From positions 1-59,689 of the forward strand of contig JAPPJI010000004.1 in assembly GCA_028820405.1 (NCBI GenBank): a DNA stretch of 59,689 bases, written 5' to 3'. Below are positions 28,057 to 37,040 of this stretch, in pieces (the first letter of the stretch is position 1; each line of letters opens with the position of its first letter). The stretch comes from Candidatus Kaiserbacteria bacterium (GTDB taxonomy: Bacteria; Patescibacteriota; Minisyncoccia; Phycocordibacterales; JABAAK01). Below the pieces are notes generated by a model. That model did not search any database and was not told the origin of the DNA. It was given only the letters and a program-made list of their open reading frames with translations. Both the position numbers and the translations under genes were made by a program.

Positions 28057-28413
28057 GTTCTCCTCCTCAATAAGGTAGGGGTAAATGTCCGTATGTATAT
28101 TTTATACAATAAATCTTGATATTTGGCAACTATTCACCCCTTTTTGTGTGAGGGAGATGGCAGAAGAGGGGTCATTTTCCTGAAAATAAAGGGCTTTTGG
28201 AGCGAAAAAGGGTGTTTGTGAGGGGCATGGGTAAAAACAAGTCTTCCCTACTGGATAAGTTGATAAAATCCCCTTATTTAAAGCCTTTATTTAGAGAAGT
28301 AAAGGGTTTTTCGGGGGGGGGCTAGCATTTTTCCCCATTTAATGATATTGTGTGATACAAGCCTGTGTGTGCATTTCGGCTTCGGGATGCATATGCATGG
28401 CGATTAACTGAGT

Positions 28414-29427
28414 ATGAAAATCCAAATCAAACAATCAGTCGACCAAGCTCTACAAGCGCTCAACAAACAACAGCGTGAGGTCATCTCATTGCGTTTTGGT
28501 TTGGAGGATGGAAAGAAATGGGTACTCCAGGAAATCGCTAATGAATACAATCTGACCCGTGAGCGAATACGGCAAATCCAGAACACGGCACTGAAGCAGC
28601 TGCGAAAGGACCCCTGTGTCCAGTCGCTCTCTGAGGTAGTCAGCCATGTTGAGGACACCCTTCGTCTGTGTGGCGGTGTGTCATCCGAGGAGCGTCTGTG
28701 TCTGTCATGTGAGGCATCAACAAAGGCAGAGAAAAACTATGTACACCTGCTTCTGACGATTGCTGAGCAGTTCTCTCAGGCATCTGAAACCGACCACGCT
28801 GAAAAGCATTGGTACCTCGACGAGGAGAGTCGGGATCGGGCACACGGCATACTGGAACATCTCCATACGGAGATTGAAAAGAAGAAAGATGCGGTACTTG
28901 AGTCTCAGGAAGTGGAAGGGGTGCTTGCAAACGCACCGTACCAGTGTCCGGCAGACTATACCGTTATCACCGACCTCTCAAAGAAGGTAAGCCGAAACTA
29001 TCGCGGTGAGTGGGGAATCAAAGGTCACCCGGAGATTGCACTCAACACACTTGCCGGTTACATCACCGTTGTTCTGCGGACAGAAGGGAAGCCGCTTCAC
29101 TTCACAGAAATCTCAAAGAAGATTTCAGAGGCGAAGGGTTCACCGTGTCACCAGGAGAGCTGTCACAACGAACTGGTCCGACGAAAGGAGTTTATCCTCG
29201 TTGGTCGTGGTATGTATGCCCTTGCCGGTATGGGATACCGTTCCGGTACCGTTGCTGACATCATTCTGGCAATCCTCAAGGAGAAGGGTCCGATGACTCA
29301 AGCGGTTATTATCGAGCGCGTAAAGAAAGAGCGATTGGTGAAAGATCAGTCAATTGTTTCTGTTCTGAACAACAACAAGCAGTTCGTAAAAAACGAAGAT
29401 AAAGAGTACTGTTTGGCTGAGGAATAA
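28414..29427 (+). CDS. Sigma-70 region 4 / HARE-HTH domain protein
   Basis: LRFGL....LQEIA..YNLTRERIRQIQ; KPLHFTEI, HNEL, FILVGRGMYAL. Confidence 0.85.
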   Translation: MKIQIKQSVDQALQALNKQQREVISLRFGLEDGKKWVLQEIANEYNLTRERIRQIQNTALKQLRKDPCVQSLSEVVSHVEDTLRLCGGVSSEERLCLSCEASTKAEKNYVHLLLTIAEQFSQASETDHAEKHWYLDEESRDRAHGILEHLHTEIEKKKDAVLESQEVEGVLANAPYQCPADYTVITDLSKKVSRNYRGEWGIKGHPEIALNTLAGYITVVLRTEGKPLHFTEISKKISEAKGSPCHQESCHNELVRRKEFILVGRGMYALAGMGYRSGTVADIILAILKEKGPMTQAVIIERVKKERLVKDQSIVSVLNNNKQFVKNEDKEYCLAEE

Positions 29428-29449
29428 GAAACTGGTGTATAACTAGGGT

Positions 29450-30931
29450 GTGTACCCGGTCTTCAGGAATAACATCTATACTCCTTTTGTTCGAATCGGA
29501 TTCGTCTGTATATTCCTGTCGTACGTTGCGTTCATCACCTACAACATAACCACGCCCGGCTATATCATCGAGGCATTCTTCACTAACCCGTCATTCTTTG
29601 TCGCTCTGCGATTCCTCTCCGTTTACCTCGTGCTTGCCTCTCTCGTTATCCTCACTGTTGCCGCTGTTATCTACGCATACATTGAGATCGGGAGATACAA
29701 GCAGCAGGTTGCATACCTGACCGAGGATCGTAAACTGCTTGAAGTTCGACTGCCGGAAGACACCCAAGAAACACTCTCGTCCATGGAGGCGGTGCTGGAG
29801 ATGATTGCATATACCGGCGGTGAAGGGCTGTGGTTTCCCGTGTGGTGGTTTGGAAAGAAACGGCCGATGTATTCATTTGAAATTGTGTCAAAAGGCGGTA
29901 TCGTTTCTTTCCTTATCCACACGAGGGCAAACCTTGCACCGGCGGTGATGTCTGCCATATACGCTTTTTACCCCCGTGCACAGGTCAACGAGGTTGATGA
30001 CTACACGCACGACTTTGAGTATGATAAAGAAAAGGTCTCGGTGTTCTCATTTGAGTGGAAACTGCTGCAGGACAACAATCCGTTGCCGATAAAGACGTAC
30101 GTTGAGTTTCAACTGGAGCGGTATCCGGGAACGAGTGGTTTGCCGCCGGATGTGGTCGGATCTGCCATGCAGCCGACGCGACCGCTTGTTGACCCGCTCG
30201 CCCCTCTCTATGACCTGTTCGGGTCAATTGGTGGTGATGAGCAATTGTGGGTGCAGTACGTATTCCGTGCACAAAAATATGCACGGTCCCGGGAAGATGT
30301 TGCAAGTGACCCGGTTACCGTAGACTACTGGAACAAACAGAAGCTGCCTGATGAGATTCGGGACGCACTCTTTGACCTTGAAAAGAGGGTGAAGGAGGGG
30401 CGTGCCGCTGACACGGATCCCGCAATTCTCAGTTCAGCAGAACGTCGACTGCAGGCGATCGGTCCAAGACTTATCGAAAAACAGGCAGTTGAAGTCGGTA
30501 TTCGTATGATGTACGTAACCCCTGCCGGATCGTTTAATCCTGCCCGCCTTGCACCGCTGACGGCGGTGTACAAGCTGACAAACGCAGATGAGAATGCCCT
30601 CATTCCGCACGGGACACTCCTGACTGACAAGTTTGAGGTGCCTGCCCTTGAGCCGCCGCGACAGGACAAGGAGGCGGAGAAACAACTGCTTCTCCAGTTG
30701 TACCGTGACCGTCTATTCTGGTATGCTCCTGCACTGTTTATGTATCAGATATCAGACGGAAAACGGTGGTCAAAAACGGTGGAAGGTCCGACCAGGCCGA
30801 GAATTGCGTCAGTGATGACAACAGAAACACTCGCAACCATCTGTCACTTCCCGACGGTGTATGTAAAGACGCCGACGGTGAAGCGAATTCTCTCAACGAC
30901 CGTTGAGCCGCCGGAGAACCTGCCGGTATAA
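29450..30931 (+). CDS. Conserved CPR-type membrane-anchored hypothetical protein
   Basis: N-terminal TMs, LLEVRLP, SFEIVS, LPIKTY, ELATxxHFP-like motif; resembles N-terminal regions associated with CPR VirD4-like ATPases. Confidence 0.6.
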   Translation: MYPVFRNNIYTPFVRIGFVCIFLSYVAFITYNITTPGYIIEAFFTNPSFFVALRFLSVYLVLASLVILTVAAVIYAYIEIGRYKQQVAYLTEDRKLLEVRLPEDTQETLSSMEAVLEMIAYTGGEGLWFPVWWFGKKRPMYSFEIVSKGGIVSFLIHTRANLAPAVMSAIYAFYPRAQVNEVDDYTHDFEYDKEKVSVFSFEWKLLQDNNPLPIKTYVEFQLERYPGTSGLPPDVVGSAMQPTRPLVDPLAPLYDLFGSIGGDEQLWVQYVFRAQKYARSREDVASDPVTVDYWNKQKLPDEIRDALFDLEKRVKEGRAADTDPAILSSAERRLQAIGPRLIEKQAVEVGIRMMYVTPAGSFNPARLAPLTAVYKLTNADENALIPHGTLLTDKFEVPALEPPRQDKEAEKQLLLQLYRDRLFWYAPALFMYQISDGKRWSKTVEGPTRPRIASVMTTETLATICHFPTVYVKTPTVKRILSTTVEPPENLPV

Positions 30932-30938
30932 TCGTGAT

Positions 30939-31928
30939 ATGCAAATAACAATGACATGGAAACAAAGCGTGCTGCGAGGACTACGATTTCACTGGGTATA
31001 TGTTATTGCCCCGCCGCTCTTTTTCCTCCTCTGTCTCGCCGTATTCTTCTTTGACGCACCGCAGGATAGCGAGCACTATCCGCAGGTGTTTGTCGTCTCC
31101 GAAGGGGAGACAGTTCGGGAGATCGCTACCAGGTTGCAAGAAAAACAACTCATCAATTCAAAAAGCCTTTTCATTATCGCGAACCACATAAACGGGGGAA
31201 AGATTCTCTGGGGGTCATATCACTTTTACAAACCAAAGGGGGTATTCTTCCGTGCACGGGAGATGTACCTCGGCGAGAAGAACATGCCGCTCCGCAGGAT
31301 TAAGGTGCCGGAGCGCAGTAACTTCTACCACCTCGCTGATTTGTTTGATAAAGAGTTTAACGACTTTGATCGCGACACCTTTGAAGATCTTGCGAGAGAT
31401 CGTCACGGCTACCTCTACCCTGACACGTACCTCTTTTCTGAGGAAGAGGTGACGCCTGAACAGGTTATCGATATTATGATGCGGACGTTTAATCGTCGGA
31501 CCGATGATTTATTCGAAGCATATGACGGACCGCTCTCTCAGGATGAGATTGTTGCCCTTGCCGCTATTGTTGAGCTGGAAGCAAGTCGATTGGATGATCG
31601 AAGGCTTATTGCCGGTGTTCTTTTCAATCGTCTTGAGCAGGACATGCGGCTTGAAGTTGATGTCCCCTTCATTTTTATTGACGGTAAAGATACGTTTGAC
31701 CTCAGTCTTGAAGACCTCCAATCAGATCATCCGCTAAACTTATACAAAAACTACGGGATCCCGCCGATTCCGATTGTGAATCCAAGCCGCGATTCAATTG
31801 ATGCGGTGATCAATCCGACAGAATCAAATTACCTCTACTTTGTCGGTGACGGTCGCAGGACCTATTTCAGTGAAACGTATGCAGAGCATCTTGAAAAGAA
31901 GCGAACGTATGTTGACCCGTACAAGTAG
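30939..31928 (+). CDS. mltG: Endolytic transglycosylase MltG
   Basis: GYLYPDTY, LAAIVELEA, IAGVLFNRL, LYKNYGIPP.PI.NP, YLYFV. Confidence 0.92.
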   Translation: MQITMTWKQSVLRGLRFHWVYVIAPPLFFLLCLAVFFFDAPQDSEHYPQVFVVSEGETVREIATRLQEKQLINSKSLFIIANHINGGKILWGSYHFYKPKGVFFRAREMYLGEKNMPLRRIKVPERSNFYHLADLFDKEFNDFDRDTFEDLARDRHGYLYPDTYLFSEEEVTPEQVIDIMMRTFNRRTDDLFEAYDGPLSQDEIVALAAIVELEASRLDDRRLIAGVLFNRLEQDMRLEVDVPFIFIDGKDTFDLSLEDLQSDHPLNLYKNYGIPPIPIVNPSRDSIDAVINPTESNYLYFVGDGRRTYFSETYAEHLEKKRTYVDPYK

Positions 31929-32955
31929 TCCGAAGCGTATTGCAGTAGCAGTTTCGGGCGGCGTTGATTCATCGACAACTGCGCATCTCCTGAAAGAGGC
32001 GGGTCACCGGGTCACCGGAGTCTTCATCACCATCCGAAACCCGTCACACCTCTCCTGTTCATCATCGGAAGATCGGCAGCATGCCATGCGTGCATGTGCG
32101 ACACTTACGATCCCGTTCCTTGATTTTGACGCGACGGAGGTGTATCGGGAACAGGTTATTAATCCGTTCGTTGCTGCATACAAAGCGGGTGAGACGCCGA
32201 ACCCCGATGTTTTGTGTAACAGTGCGGTGAAGTTTGATGCACTTGCATCGTTTGTGTTTGATCGGGGGTTTGATGTACTTGCGACCGGTCACTACGCAAG
32301 GACTCAAAATGCTGACGGGGACACTCGGCTGGTCCGATCGGTTGATGAAGAAAAGGATCAGACCTATTTCATTTACACTATTCCGTCAAGCGTGCTTCAG
32401 AAGACCTGGTTCCCGATTGGCGGGTATACGAAACAGCAGGTGCGATCATTGGCGAAAGATGCAGGACTGCCGGCGGCGGAGAAGAAAGATAGTGTCGGTC
32501 TCTGCTTTCTCGGTGACGTGAGCATGAAGACTTTTCTTTCCGCATACCTGTCTGAAACGGTCGGTGCGGTTGAGACGGAAGACGGCACTAGTATCGGTGA
32601 CCATGACGGTGTCAGATTCTATACCCTCGGACAGCGTCACGGATTTCGTACGTCAGTGCAAAAACCGCAGGTTGTTGTCGGCAGAGATCTGGAGAGAAAT
32701 GTTCTGGTCGTTGCCGATACCGCTGACAGTGCAAAGAAAACCAGTTTTCATTTAAAAAATAGTTTGTTCCGACAGGATCCGACGCATGCAGTTGTTGCAA
32801 GGTATCGTCACCAGGGACCGCTCTGTCCGGTGACTGTTGCGTCAAACGGTACCGAAGTTCGCTTTGCCGATCCGCAGCTCATTGCACCCGGTCAGTCAGT
32901 CGTCCTCTATACCGAAGACGGCGAGTGTTTGGGCGGCGGTGTTGTCTGTCCCTGA
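31909..32955 (+). CDS. mnmA: tRNA 2-thiouridylase MnmA
   Basis: SGGVDSS, TPNPDVLCN, ATGHYA, KDQTYF, DSVGLCF, PGQ. Confidence 0.96.
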   Translation: MLTRTSSPKRIAVAVSGGVDSSTTAHLLKEAGHRVTGVFITIRNPSHLSCSSSEDRQHAMRACATLTIPFLDFDATEVYREQVINPFVAAYKAGETPNPDVLCNSAVKFDALASFVFDRGFDVLATGHYARTQNADGDTRLVRSVDEEKDQTYFIYTIPSSVLQKTWFPIGGYTKQQVRSLAKDAGLPAAEKKDSVGLCFLGDVSMKTFLSAYLSETVGAVETEDGTSIGDHDGVRFYTLGQRHGFRTSVQKPQVVVGRDLERNVLVVADTADSAKKTSFHLKNSLFRQDPTHAVVARYRHQGPLCPVTVASNGTEVRFADPQLIAPGQSVVLYTEDGECLGGGVVCP

Positions 32956-32970
32956 TATACTGCAAATCAG

Positions 32971-33816
32971 ATGGAGAAGAAAATTGTGAAGCGGGACGGG
33001 ACGGTAGCTGTCTTTGATCGGTCAATTCTTGAACGATCTCTCATGCGAACGGGTGCATCAAAAGAAAGTGCACGGAGTGTCGCGGAAGAAGTTGAGCAGA
33101 ACATGCATGACGGAGACACAACATCACTTGTGTACAAACAGGCGTTTGACCTGCTGTCTCATCAGTCAAAGCATGCGGCAATGCGGTACTCACTGAAACG
33201 GGCATTGTTTAACTTCGGTCCGACCGGATTTCCGTTTGAGAAGTTTGTCGGTGAGCTGTTTCGCCGAAAAGGGTATATCGTTTCAACAAATGTGCACCTG
33301 CAGGGCAGGTGTGTCAGTCATGAAGTTGACGTGTTCGCTTCAAAACCTGACGGGACAGAGCGAACGGCAATGGAGATCAAGTTTCATAACGATATGCATA
33401 CCCGATCCGATGTGAAGTCAGTGCTGTATGTAAAGGCACGGTTTGATGACCTTCTGGGAGTTTCACAATCACGGTTTTCAAGAAAAAAGAGGGGTGCTGT
33501 TGACTCCTGCCTTTTTGTCACCAACACCAAATTTACTAAAAACGCCCTGCAGTATGCGACCTGTGCAGGAGTGTCTATTCTCGGATGGGGGTATCCGTAC
33601 AACAATAACCTGCAGACGTGGGTGCAAGAGGTCGATGCGCATCCCATTACCTGTCTCCCGTCAATTTCATCCTCAGTTGCACGGCAACTCTTTGATCAGG
33701 GGGTTGTCACCTGCCAAGGATTGTTGGAAAACCCTGAGATCTTTCGTTCTCTGCCGAACGCTGATACTATTGCTGATGAGGCGGCACTGCTCTGTCGACC
33801 GTCCGGGCGGCGGTAA
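32971..33816 (+). CDS. ATP-cone domain fused to Mrr-like PD-(D/E)XK nuclease
   Basis: IVKRDG ATP cone; GFPFEKFV, HEVDV...EIKFH, VTNTKFT. Confidence 0.8.
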   Translation: MEKKIVKRDGTVAVFDRSILERSLMRTGASKESARSVAEEVEQNMHDGDTTSLVYKQAFDLLSHQSKHAAMRYSLKRALFNFGPTGFPFEKFVGELFRRKGYIVSTNVHLQGRCVSHEVDVFASKPDGTERTAMEIKFHNDMHTRSDVKSVLYVKARFDDLLGVSQSRFSRKKRGAVDSCLFVTNTKFTKNALQYATCAGVSILGWGYPYNNNLQTWVQEVDAHPITCLPSISSSVARQLFDQGVVTCQGLLENPEIFRSLPNADTIADEAALLCRPSGRR

Positions 33817-33821
33817 CGGGT

Positions 33822-34586
33822 ATGAATAAACACGCAACACGAAAACGAAACATCTTTGATCCGAACAGTGATCGACCATTTGACCTTTCGCGGGGGAAAA
33901 TAGAGTTGTTCATCTCCTGTCCCCGTTGTTTCTATCTTGATCGTCGACTCGGCGTTTCCCCGCCGTCATCATTTCCGTTTAACTTGAATGATGCGGTAGA
34001 CTTGCTGCTCAAAAAGGAGTTTGACACGTATCGGGAAAAACAGGAACCACACCCGCTTTTTGTGCAGGAAAAACTGGATCTTGTTCCCTTTGCACATAAT
34101 GATCTGGACACGTGGCGTGACCCCTTTACCGGTATTCGATATCACCACAAAGAATCAAACTTTGTTGTCTTCGGCGGTATTGATGACGTATGGGTTGATC
34201 CTGAAGGTACGTTGGTAATCGCAGATTACAAAGCAACCAGCAAAGACGGTGAGGTCTCTCTCGACGCTGCATGGCAGCGGTCGTACAAAAATCAAATGGA
34301 AGTGTATCAATGGCTCTTTCGTCAGAACGGATTTTCTGTTTCCGATACCGGATACTTCGTTTACCTCAATGGTGACCGGACCAAAGATGCGTTGAATGAG
34401 ACGCTCCATTTCAAAACAACATGCATTCCGTATACCGGGAAGACAGATTGGATACCGGACACACTCATGGCAGCGAAAGAAACGCTTGTGGCAGATACTG
34501 TCCCGGAGGCCGGTCAGTGGTGCAACCTGTGTCCGTATCGAGATGCGGCAGGAAAGTCATTTCGTGACCATGTAATGAAGAAATAA
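33822..34586 (+). CDS. PD-(D/E)XK nuclease family protein (RecB/Cas4-like)
   Basis: CPRCF, GGIDD, IADYKAT, QMEVYQ, C-terminal CNLCPY. Confidence 0.85.
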   Translation: MNKHATRKRNIFDPNSDRPFDLSRGKIELFISCPRCFYLDRRLGVSPPSSFPFNLNDAVDLLLKKEFDTYREKQEPHPLFVQEKLDLVPFAHNDLDTWRDPFTGIRYHHKESNFVVFGGIDDVWVDPEGTLVIADYKATSKDGEVSLDAAWQRSYKNQMEVYQWLFRQNGFSVSDTGYFVYLNGDRTKDALNETLHFKTTCIPYTGKTDWIPDTLMAAKETLVADTVPEAGQWCNLCPYRDAAGKSFRDHVMKK

Positions 34587-34714
34587 GTATTCAGAAGTCT
34601 TGTTTTTGACAAGAACGGACGTCTATTTTCTTGCACAGCGTCTTTGCAATCCACGCAATCCACAGGTGAAAGCGGTGGTGTCTGACAGGGTAGTTCCTTT
34701 ACAATAAGATTGAT

Positions 34715-36166
34715 ATGTCCGCTCCCAATTTTAAAACCGGAACGCTTTTTACAGCAGATAATATTCATATCTTAAGAGGGATGAAAAGTGAATGTATTGA
34801 CCTGATATATCTTGATCCGCCATTTAACAGTAATCAAAACTATGTGAGACCGCTGCCGATAAAGGGTAAAGAAATTTTAGCTGCGTTTAAAGATGTTTGG
34901 AAAAAAACTGATGTTGTGGACGCACATTTTGAAAAGTTGGAACAAGAAGATCCGTGCCTTTATGAGATCATCAAAGGGGTAGAGAAAGCACACTCACCAA
35001 AAATGTTTGCATACTTGGTGTATATGACCGCCCGTCTCAAGGAGATGGAGCGCATTTTGAAGCCGGCAGGAAGTATTTATCTTCACTGTGATCAGACTGC
35101 AAGCCATTATTTGAAAGTGGTGATGGATTGTCTTTTTGGTGAGAAAAATTTTGGCAATGAGATACTCTGGGTGTATGGGGACACTGCAAGGGGCGCGAAA
35201 GCAATCGCAAGACAGTTTGCAAGAAATAATGATACCATTCTTTATTACAGAAAAGGAAAAGATTTTTTGTTTAACAAGACCTATTCTGAAAGAAAAATTA
35301 ATTTCAAAGGTTCTGGGTATAAGAGAGATAAAGATGGTAGGTGTTTCAGAACAGCACCAAGAGGAGATTATACCGATGAGAGTATAAAACAGTTAAAGAA
35401 AGAAGGTCGAATCTATATTACGAAAAGTGGAAAAACTCGTATTAAGTATTACGAAAAATGCGACGAGGACTTTGTTTATGAGCAAAGGATTGTTGGCAAC
35501 GTCTGGAACGATATTCCGGACATGATGCATGTGAGCAGGACCGAGAAAACAGATTACCCAACACAAAAACCCCTTGTTCTCCTTGAAAGAATAATAAAAG
35601 CAAGTACCAATGAAGGAGACATTGTGCTTGATCCTTTTTGTGGTTGTGCTACCGCCATAGTGGCAGCAGAGAAGTTGAATAGGAAGTGGGTGGGTATAGA
35701 TATTTCCCTGTTTGCCAAGTTCTTTGTAAAGCATCGAATGAAGAATGAATTGAAAAAGAGCCCGAAGGACATAAAACCAATTTTTCTTAAGGGGATAAGT
35801 GGAGGGGAAGATATGCCGCCGATTGAGGTCGGCGGAGGTAAAGGGGAAAGACATGATCTGTATAGAGAACAAGATGATGGACATTGTAACGGGTGCGATC
35901 ACCCGTATCACATTAAAGACTTCACCTTCGACCACATAATACCGACATCAAAGGGAGGGCAAGACACGCCAGATAATAGGCAATTGCTTTGTTTCTCTTG
36001 CAATACAACAAAAGGTACTGACACAATGGAAACGCTGTGGCACAAACTTGTTGATGCCGGATTACTTGAAAAGTATGAGGTAGATGAAATTAGAGAAAGA
36101 TTTAATGTTAGGCGAGAAAGGGCGATGGATCGTATCAGAAAAATGATCAAAAACGATAAAACATAG
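34715..36166 (+). CDS. Beta-class DNA methyltransferase fused to C-terminal HNH endonuclease
   Basis: YLDPPFN, YPTQKP, LDPFCGCAT; CNGC...DHIIP..KGG...NRQLLCFSCN. Confidence 0.88.
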   Translation: MSAPNFKTGTLFTADNIHILRGMKSECIDLIYLDPPFNSNQNYVRPLPIKGKEILAAFKDVWKKTDVVDAHFEKLEQEDPCLYEIIKGVEKAHSPKMFAYLVYMTARLKEMERILKPAGSIYLHCDQTASHYLKVVMDCLFGEKNFGNEILWVYGDTARGAKAIARQFARNNDTILYYRKGKDFLFNKTYSERKINFKGSGYKRDKDGRCFRTAPRGDYTDESIKQLKKEGRIYITKSGKTRIKYYEKCDEDFVYEQRIVGNVWNDIPDMMHVSRTEKTDYPTQKPLVLLERIIKASTNEGDIVLDPFCGCATAIVAAEKLNRKWVGIDISLFAKFFVKHRMKNELKKSPKDIKPIFLKGISGGEDMPPIEVGGGKGERHDLYREQDDGHCNGCDHPYHIKDFTFDHIIPTSKGGQDTPDNRQLLCFSCNTTKGTDTMETLWHKLVDAGLLEKYEVDEIRERFNVRRERAMDRIRKMIKNDKT

Positions 36167-36481
36167 AACGTTCCTCCAAGAAGAGAGATAGGTCAGGTAA
36201 ATCATTTGCTGGGACAAGAAGGGTGCATGCAAGGGGTCAAGAAGTCACCCTTGTCGAATCTCTTGCCATCACCAACAGAAATGTCAACGGTCCCTGTTGA
36301 GACATCAAAGGGGAAGGTGCGGTATACCGCTCGCACCGCAGGCAGAGACTGCAAGCCGATCTGTTGTTTTAGGATTGATCTTGGTCTACACAAATAAGCA
36401 CAACAATTTTTTCTACATTATGAAAGAGAAGATATACTTTTTATTGTGCGTGTAGTGAAGGTAGTGTTATACTTTACTACC

Positions 36482-36991
36482 ATGGACGGTCAGGTAAAAC
36501 AGGGGATTTGGAATTCCATTCTTGCAGCTGTAAACTTCAGTGAGACAAAGAAAAAGGTTGATAATTTGGACAACAGGATGTCTGAATTAGAGAAAGATAT
36601 CGTGGTATTTAAGGAGTTTAAAGTGCAAACACAAAAATTCATAGACAGTAAGATATTTAGTGCCAAGAGCCCGCTATCGTTGACAGATTTTGGGGTAAAG
36701 CTTGTTGAGGAGAGTGGTTTGGAAAAAATACTTAAAGATAAGACTGTTAAAAAAGATTTGCTTCAAATGCTTGAGGAAAAACAACCACAGACAAGGTATG
36801 ATGTTCAAGAAATGGCACGAGAGTTGATGAATGGTTTGACTGAATACAAGCCGTTTGCCCCAATTAAAGACTATGCCTATGATCAAGGCAAGGACTTTCA
36901 GCAGATACTTCGGGCGGGAGGAATACTACTGCGAGACACCTATATTGAAAAAAATATGAGCAGGGGTAAGAAGGTGGTCTCGAGGCGGTGA
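36482..36991 (+). CDS. Hypothetical protein (coiled coil plus SPLSLT motif)
   Basis: AT-rich ORF, ATG 8 nt after TATACT. Confidence 0.7.
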   Translation: MDGQVKQGIWNSILAAVNFSETKKKVDNLDNRMSELEKDIVVFKEFKVQTQKFIDSKIFSAKSPLSLTDFGVKLVEESGLEKILKDKTVKKDLLQMLEEKQPQTRYDVQEMARELMNGLTEYKPFAPIKDYAYDQGKDFQQILRAGGILLRDTYIEKNMSRGKKVVSRR

Positions 36992-37040
36992 AGGAGGTTT
37001 GTGTGCCGCTATTGCAGTGCGGGTGGTATACTGACCGCAC

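Noticed and set aside
33822-34586. cas4 of a CRISPR system
   Set aside because: No cas1/cas2 or array nearby; fits a stand-alone PD-(D/E)XK nuclease.
36202-36397. 63-aa ORFs between MTase-HNH and the 36482 gene
   Set aside because: No recognisable motif or start signal; may be a gene remnant but cannot be supported.
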